In this document: piece by piece, positions 52,021 to 64,000 of the stretch
Layout: every line of letters begins with the position of its first letter
Position numbering within the stretch: position 1 is the first letter of the stretch
NCBI GenBank assembly: GCA_043228905.1
Contig: JBHGNT010000013.1
Location: 8,432,001 to 8,496,000, forward strand
Origin: Azolla caroliniana
Taxonomy: Eukaryota; Plantae; Polypodiophyta
Length of the DNA: 64,000 nt
Reading direction: 5' to 3'
Translations under genes and position numbers: made by a program
Notes under the pieces: model-generated
What the model was told of the DNA's origin: nothing
Databases searched by the model: none
The model's input: the letters and a program-made list of their open reading frames with translations, nothing else

Positions 52021-55000
52021 AATTTTTCTTTTGGGGAAAAAAAAAGTTGCCTATATTAACGTCTTCTAAGACCAAAATTGGCCCGTGAGACAAATGGTTT
52101 ACAACAAAAAATGGGATATTTACCCATTCATCGAAAGTAAAAATAAAAATAGAGTTTTAAGCTAAATAGTTCTAGTAAAATAAAATAACAAACATGTTCT
52201 ACAATGAAAATGATGTATACTAGGCCTAATTTCATTTCCATCCAAGTCTCTTGAAGAGAAGCGGGAGGTCAAAGGGTTTTGAGGTGGATGTGGCCCGTGG
52301 CCCCAATGTAAAAGGTACCCCAACCATAGCTTCTAGTCGACGTAGCTCACATTACCTTATCTTCTTAATCCTTTCTACTTTGTGTCGACTTGTTTTGAAA
52401 CCCAACATCCAAGGGCGTTTGGTTGTTCTTTGCGTTTCGGCTTCGTCAAGAGAGAGGCTGAATGCCGTAAGTGTATCCACATTCATTATCTCCCATTGTT
52501 CCTGAAAAATTACACTAGTTACAAGTTTATGAATAGTAAACGGGTTATGGTTAACACTTTGTAATTTATTCTCCCTATGTTGTTTTAGCTCTAAGATATA
52601 CCTACCTAGTCTCTTTACATCCGGGGTATCTAATAGTTTGGAGAGGGTGGGAGAGGGTCCTAATATGTCTTGGTATTCCACTCGTATCTTAGCATAAGTT
52701 GGGCACTTGCATGTGAAGTGATACTCATCCTCTATCTCTATGTGGCACAACCTACATAGCCTTTCCTCCCTAGGGACTCTATTAGCCCGACCACTCTCAA
52801 TCTCAAGTTGGTGAGATGATATCCTAAGTTGTCCAATGGCAACCCTTAGTGCATTTGATAAGAATGTATCTGGATATCTTGGTCGTGTAATAAAACCTAA
52901 CTAAGAGAAGTACAAGAAGTGTTCCTTATAGTACAACATTTTAGATGGGAGTGGCCCTCGTGGGGTGATCCATTTATATCAGCTGTAAATTTGCCATATT
53001 TCTTGGCATATCACTTTATTACGGTCTTCATGAGATATTAGAGTTTGGTCAGTCCCATGGTTGTACTTAAGGGGGGGTAGGTTATTAATGTCTATGCCGT
53101 TTGCAAGTAACCAACTCACCACATTGCTATACCAAGAGCTAGTGTCTCCATACGCATGTAGGGATCGAGATGCCTCAAAGGCTCGACGAGATATCCTATC
53201 TTGTGGTTGGCTATGTATCCGATGAATAAAAACTACCACTTGAAACAGTGCTTCTACTAACATCGGGGGTAGACTGAACTCTGCTCTAATAATGTTATGT
53301 GGTATTGTCGATTTGCTTCGAAGTCGACGTGATAACATCGTCACCAAAGGTCTCTCTAATTGCGTCCACATGAAAGATGGTAGACCTAGAGCCCATACTA
53401 CCGATGCATACATGAGGGAAGGGGTCACTAATGAGTCGAAGAGCCATTCCTTAGTCCGTGGCTCTTGAAAGTATGCTTGGTGGCATTGTCTCTCTAAGAG
53501 TGAGAGGGATGCATACCCTCTCGTTAGCCTATCTTTGGCAGCCCGGGTCATCGAGAATTTACTTGAGCGAGCACTAAAAGTGATTCCCAAGTATATATAT
53601 GATCCAACTACCTCAACTAGTTTATGAGAGAGGATTAGCTGACATTGACTCCTAACTCGAGACAATGTATGAAAGATAAGGACTTTAGTTTTCGCTAGAT
53701 TCACTACCAGTCCTCGTTGTGTACAAAAGTCATCTAGGGCATTAAGATGCTTTTGTAGGTCATGTTCCGACTCCTCGAGCCAGACAATGTCGTCTGTGTA
53801 GAGTAAGAGACTAACTTGCGTATCCCCAATAGCTACTCCCTTGCTTCCCTTACGAGCAATAAAATCAGTGATCTCATCAATGTAGATCCCAAAAAGAGTC
53901 GGTGATAGGGGGGGCCCCTATTTTATACCAATGGTGCTAGTGAAACAATCGGATGGGCCACCTGGGCATCTTACACACCTAGAGGCTTGCTCATATAAGG
54001 CATAAATGGCCCAGATCATGTCATTTGGTACCTCCAAGCTCTTAAGTCTATCAAACAACTTCTCCCTAGGAACTATGTCAAAGGCTTTGCGGAAGTCCAC
54101 AAAGCAACAATATAGTTTCTTCCTACAAACCTTTGTTTAGTCAATTAAGCACCTAAGTGTGAAGATATGGTCAATAGTGGAGAAGGCTCGTCTAAAGCCA
54201 GCCTGCTCAGGTGCTCGAAGACTTAATGTTTCCATATAATTGCTAAGCTCTGCTTCCATTACCGCACCATATAGTTTAGCGAGCGTATGGCCTATCATAA
54301 TGGTCCTATATGTATTTGGGTCCATTGGGTCCCCTCCTTTATGTATAGGGGCCACTGTGTTCATGGTCCATTGTGGTGGAAAACCCTCAGCAAGGGTGCG
54401 GTTGAAGATTAGAGTGAGAAAGGGGGCTAGGCACTCTCGAGTATATATGATGTGATCGGCTCGCAATCCTATGTGGTCCATGGATTTCCTATGTTGTAAT
54501 TTTTTTATGACCTTCGTGACCCTAGAGGTCATGAAAAGTGTCCCCATGGTAGGTCGAGGTGTGGAAGGCATTGGGATGGGTGGTTGGTTCGGGACATGGT
54601 AGAGTCTCTCGATATATGTGTGCCAAATATTGGGATCCTCAATGGGTGTTTGTGGTTATGGTTCCAGTAGTCTCTTCCATGCAAGGGCGCAATCCCTACT
54701 CATGAGCATATGGTAGAGTTCCCAATATTGGGATGATTCCCAAGGTTGTCTTTTATGACATGTCATCTTGCGCATCTCTTTTCGAGCCTGTACTGAGGAA
54801 ATAGTACCACTAAGTCGCGAACTTTAAGTTGTCTATACAAATCTCTACAATCCTCATCATACCACTTGTTCTATGGCATAGACCTTATTCTACTATGATT
54901 GGAGTGTTTCGTGTATGGGAAGCTATTAATTGCTGCTGAGTGAAGGGTGTGTGCAAGTTCTGTAGTGAGGTTCTCTAAAGGCAAAGAAGAATCAAAAGAG

Positions 55001-56870
55001 GAGAGATGGGCTTGAACATGTCGAGAGTAGATGTCAGCGATCTCATGCGTGAAATGTATTGTGGTGTGATAGTTTGGTTGACTAGAGTTGGTGGCGTGGG
55101 AGATGTTGCATTTTAGCTCAAAGTATAGGAATCTATGGTCTGCACCAATGGGGCATGGGGCCACCTGGAAGGAGTTAACCATGTGGGTAGCTTCATGGCG
55201 TCCTATTAGGTAATCAACTGTGCTTTCCCCTCCTCCATGTGGGAAACATGTGAGTGCTTCCGAGCCCAGCCACTTGGCTAAGCCATTATATATGATCATC
55301 TGGTGTTAGCTTCCAAGTTCAAGCAGATGATGGCCAAAGCTTGTGGCCTCTACACCTTGATCATTTGAAGTACGCATTATGTCTAAGTCTAAAGGGTTGA
55401 CATTCACCATTTCGAGGTTTCTATCCATCTGAAATATTGTGCATTGTCAGGATTGGGTTCTCGCATTGAAATTTCCTACAAGGAAGACTTCCCCTTAAGA
55501 AGAATATTGGATTATGTCATCTGATAAAGGTTCGTATGGAGAAGGCCCATGCGGCGTTCCTTCATCAACTATACTCACCTCTCCAGCCATATTATATCTG
55601 TATCCTTTCGGGGGGAAATAACACATGACGATAAATATCACCTGATCCTTGCTACTAAGGACTTTCACCCACATAAAACGGGCTTCTGGGTCTTTCTTTA
55701 GTATTTCTATCCTATTTTGTATCTCTCTCCGAAATAGTATCGCAACCCCTCTAGACCCTATAGTAGTATGTCGACGTGAGGTTTGTCTAAAGATAGATTC
55801 CCAATGAAAACCATCAACTCGTGGCAGTCCTCAATTTGGGCTCTAATGTGTTTCTAGTAAAAAAAAGTATGTCAAATACCTTCAAAATCTCCTCTAGGCG
55901 GTCAGGGTGTGTCCAAAATGCACCGTTACAGTTCCACATGGATGTCATCCTAAGTTTATTGTTTGTCACATGGACCACACGCCGTCAATTGGCGACGCGA
56001 TCATTTATTATCACACGCCCGTCTCGGTAAAAAGCACGATGCCCCTCTTTACGAGCTTGTATGACTCGCGGCATACACATTTTACGATGCTCAATTTGCA
56101 TCTTGGTCAGGTCTTCATCAAGGTAGATAGGGTCCCCGCCCAATCCTCGAAGAATTGTTCTCTTTTAAAAAAATGTGATTCTAAATTCTTAGTCCTTAAA
56201 CTGAAGGACCAAAGCTCTTTTCCTGGTGGTGTCACGTCCTACCCTCCAAGTTTTAGTGATTGGTAGGGCTTCGTACCCCAACATTTTCCCTAATGTTTGT
56301 GCATCTTCGTCAGGAGATGTCCCTTCCTTGAGCCCAGTAACTCGTACATTTAGGCGTCGATCTTGATGCTTTTTTAGCTCCTCAAGGGTAGTGTTTACAA
56401 TATTTTCATCCTTTAGTTCCTTTTTAATATTACGTTTTACTACTTCAACCCACCCAGTTTTTGCTAATTCCATATCACTTTTAACCTCTTCCTTAACCTT
56501 TTTGATCTCGTCCTTAATATCCTCTAGGGAAGATATTTCACCATCTTCCCTAGATGTCTCAAGGTCCGTAACTTGTTTCTAAAGGTTCATGTTGTCTACT
56601 TTAAGTTTCGTTATTTCAGCAATAAGCACTTCTTTTTCTTCCTTATCTTTTTGTTTTTCAGCTTCAATCTCTTTCGCCCATTTTTCTATCTTAACTAAAC
56701 GGTTAAGGACATCTAAAAATTCTTCCTTACTTATAATTTCTTCATGTGTTTCCTTGTGGTTTCGTCTAGAAGTCATGTTGTAAATCAAAAGATAAAAGAA
56801 AGAAAAGACAAAGATGACAGAAAAAACTTAGTCGAGCATCGATGCCTTGCGCGCTAGGTTCGAGTGTAGA
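52021..56870 (-). mobile_element. Near full-length degenerate LINE (ORF1 plus EN-RT ORF2; RTEX/RTE-group-like, tentative)
   Basis: ORF1 coiled coil plus NVRVTGLKEG..WRVGRD. EN TWNCNG and STVDYLI. RT VDFRKAFD, LSPTLFGIYID and LYTDD. C-terminal LCHIEIEDEYHFTCKCPTY. Confidence 0.9.
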
Positions 56871-57118
56871 AAGACATGTATGTTGTCTTGTTTTCAGCCG
56901 ATTACGTCGTTAGAAGTGTAGGTGATAGCGGACAACGACAACAACAACAACGACTACATATGACAACGGCAAAGATGACGGCCAAGAACTGACAACAACG
57001 GTGACGATGGCAGATGACAAACAACGAAGACAATAGTTGGCAAACGACGGCGACCGTAGACGACGGTGGTAGCAAGTGATGACAGTAGCAGACGACGAGA
57101 GAAAGAGAGAGAGCTCAC

Positions 57119-57190
57119 ATGGATATAGCTCAGTTGGTAAGGTTGCCCAATGGAGACCACGTGGTCATGGGTTCAACCCTCCCTACATTC
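57119..57190 (+). other. tRNA-derived SINE head or tRNA pseudogene
   Basis: A box TAGCTCAGTTGG at 57126 and B box GGTTCAACCCT at 57170 (tRNA-like spacing). No convincing anticodon or acceptor stems. Confidence 0.5.
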
Positions 57191-57814
57191 CACAGTGGCA
57201 TCTAGTGAATTAAGAGATATGTATGGAGTATATAATAGAGAGGTGAGTAAAATTGGGTTTCGAACCCAAGATATAGTGACTTGTTAAGTGTAACAACTTA
57301 CCAATAGGGTAAGCTAATTATGATAATAAAAAAAGAGGGAGAGAAAGAGATTATATTATCGTCTTTGGAGGTCAAATATGACCTATGAGACCAAAGGTAT
57401 GTTATTATGTGCCTTGGGAGGAGGTCGAATGTGACCGCCGGACCACCCCCAGTGGTCCCCGCTGATGTGGTGCATACATGCATGCATGCATGCCTTTGGG
57501 CAGATGGAATGGGTAGACGAGAATGGGAATGGCTATGGCTAATATGTATGTGTGTTATGTGCATATGTTACTAGTGGTAGCAGCAGTAGTAGCAGTTGTT
57601 TCATTGTTGTTCACGTGAAATGACAGACGATGATGAAGTAAAAAAACGTTGTTGGATGGGATGGGATGGGATGGGATGGGGGTTGTGTTGGGTGTAAGTT
57701 ATAGATAGCCGCTTTGCTTTTCCTGCAGTAGAAAAAGAAGGAAGAAGAAGAAGGATGATGACGATGATGATGATTTCTTCCTCCTGTTTATGTTTCTTTG
57801 GCTAGGGTTGTTGC

Positions 57815-57846
<32 letters not shown>

Positions 57847-57891
57847 CTTCTTTCCTTTTGCTCTGTTTCCCTCCACAGAAACCACCATACC

Positions 57892-61466
<3,575 letters not shown>

Positions 61467-63116
61467 TTAATAAAGACTTTATTTGGGAAGCTTGGGGATT
61501 TTTAATCTCTTTTTTCTTGTTCCTAACCCCAAATATAACTCTTTGAAATCTGTTCAATTTAGATAAGGCTTGTTTGATATGTAGTACGCATCTCAGCAAG
61601 TGAGAATTAGCATTAGTTCAGATAGCTTTCATATCTATCTCTATTTCAACTTTCCTGTTATGATTGTTTTGACTTGGCGTACAATATATATTGAGAGTAC
61701 ACAGCTTATATTTACTTTGGTTCAATAATATGTCTCATGGTCCCCCTATAAGATCACTTGCTTGTCTTGTTTCCCAAACTTACAGTCTTCATGGTACATG
61801 AAATATGAGTGATAGGCCAATATACAATTATGTTTGCAATAAGCATGCATTATATTCATTAGAACTCCCTTCGTTGGATTCATGATGTTTGATCCTCACA
61901 GGAAATCAATCCCCAGGCCCTTTATGTGGCTTACCTTTAGGAACCGACAGACTGTCAAAAACATGAATTAATGAGCATTTACTTTGTCCTATGATGATAA
62001 TGCAGAATTATAGATGGTCCATAAGTTTGACGTATTTGATTCCATAAGTTTGATATATATAATTCTATTGGTGGAAATGAAAATGATTCTCTGACTTATT
62101 CTGTGTTATAGGAATCCTTTCCAGTGTAAAGGCCCAAAAACTGTATTTTGTTTGATAATTGATATACTAATGATTATTGCCTTTGATTGCTAAAGAGGAA
62201 AAGCTTGAATAAACACTTCAAGAAAATGTACATCTTGTAGTTGTCACTAAAAAATGTGATGACTGAATGTGTAGGATAAAGCAGTAGTGTTTCTATTAAT
62301 CAAAGTTCCAAATGGGGCAATCCTAACTATAGATGAGGATAAAACTAGGTTTCTCCATTTTCGCTCTAATAACCTGAGCTTGGTACTATCTTTAAAAACA
62401 CATTTTCGTGAAGCTTGTAATACAAGTGGGAAAACCTCTCTATAGGGGGAAGGAAAACCCACTAACTTGCAAGTCTCAACTACACGAATTGGGGATGATA
62501 ATTTTAACCTTGTGTGATTATGTGAATTGTAAAAAAGCTTTTATTGGTCTCAGTCGTCTGGAAAGAATAGCTATATAAGAGTAATCCAACCTATACCTGA
62601 CTAGTATAATACTAAAAGTAGAACATAAAAGTAATCAGTGACAGCTTGAAACCGACTCTTAAAATGACTCACTCTCAATCATACATCAAATAGAACACAA
62701 CCTTTGGAAATGCAATTAAAATTTGTGAGGGTAGCATTAATGTCTACTCTTTTCGACTGTGTTATCTTCGGAAAGATTTTACTCTTTATCTCTAGCATGC
62801 GAATAACTTACAATATATAGTCATACACACCAAAAATTAGAAATTAATCCTACTAGTAGTACTTCCAATATTATACAGATTAGTGTTGTTTCCAATGAAA
62901 TGCAAACCCATTTTGCTGTAGTTATAAATATTCCATGCTGCTCGATGCAAAACCCACTGCATATGGACAAATCCTACTTGATCAAAATCGCATTTCCAAA
63001 ATAGGTTACTTGGAACCGAAATTGTATACTGCTTATGGCAGAGCAAACTAGTTTAATCACCTCAATGAAACATAACTTATGGTATTTTAGCTCTGCTATT
63101 GGTACAATATGTCCAA

Positions 63117-64000
63117 CTATTGTTCAAAGTTTTCTTGGTCTATTCTTTGCATCCCAGGTTGTTGCATAATCTTTGATTTCTTGTTTTTCTTAGAACTCGA
63201 CTCCAATGATGCCATTCGAATAGCATCATTCATACGATTAACCTTGGCATCCACCATGAGCTCATCCAAATCACTTTTCTCTAAAGACTCTGGTGGACAC
63301 AGTTCCATGTATTTCTTAAAGTTCTCTTCAGCTTTATCCTTCTGGTCCATCAATGTGTATACAAGTCCCTTATAACAAGGTGAAAAACAAAGCTATTCAA
63401 TAAACATAATATTTGTTGTGATTCTTGTTTAACTGTATTTTTATCTCTAAGAAAAAAGCCAAAATTTTGAAAAACGAATTGGCTAATATAATAATACCCC
63501 TCGTATCAGGGCCAATATCAATACCAACCCTCATTCAACAAACATCATGGCATACCCCTGATAAACAAAAACTAAACTACTGCATCTTTCAAGATGTCAT
63601 TAATAATTAAATTGATATAATCAAATTTGAACGAATGCACACTTCTTTTTTACCTTGAAATCAATATAATTGAGAGCAAATGTAAAAGTATTTTCTTTTA
63701 CCTGGCACAGATATGGTCGAAAATCATCTGGATCCTCATCTATCATCCTACTCAAATGTTGTAATGCATGTTCAAATTTCCCCTATGATATTGCAAACAA
63801 GTTTAGATTCTGATTCTCGATTCCTCGTCTACTCAATTAGAGAATAATTTCTACAATGTATATAACTTGTTTCTTGAACACACACAAACACATATGCAAC
63901 ATCTACTCACAAGTTGAATATAGAATTGACCAAGTAACATTCCGAGATTTCTTGCTTCAATATTTTTCTTTTCCATCTGAGCTCTCTCCAGCGCTTTTTG
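63117..64000 (-). CDS. TPR protein, SLOW GREEN1-like (last three exons; gene continues beyond the window)
   Basis: Exons 64000-63911, 63782-63702 and 63368-63117. QKALERAQ..ARNLGMLLGQ / GKFEHALQHL..EDPDDFRPYLCQ / GLVYTLMDQKDKAEENFKKY. Confidence 0.85.

Noticed and set aside
57119-57190. Functional tRNA gene
   Set aside because: A and B boxes are present, but acceptor and anticodon stems could not be paired.

Overview
Eukaryotic plant nuclear DNA, probably a fern or other non-seed vascular plant (inferred from the TE families, AG/AC microsatellites and gene style). About 80% is nested transposable elements. These include one young, nearly intact Ty1/copia with TSD, several decayed copia relatives, two Ty3/gypsy chromovirus families, Athila/Tat-like fragments, two solo LTRs with TSDs, ORF1+EN+RT LINEs, a putative DNA-transposase exon and an AGCTA palindromic satellite. 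Three host genes can be modelled by hand: a 4-exon pectin methylesterase (minus; first catalytic Asp replaced by Gly), a 5-exon DUF4057 gene (plus; ~1 kb (CATACA)n in intron 2) and the 3' end of a SLOW GREEN1-like TPR gene (minus). The most unusual structures are (i) a 5.2-kb self-priming chromovirus unit with two inverted U3 ends sharing one 5-bp TSD, (ii) a palindromic repeat-spacer array in the leader of a TG...TA-ended chromovirus, and (iii) a palindromic satellite, starting just after a transposase-like exon, that has received three TE insertions. All family assignments come from motif recognition by eye; no searches were run.
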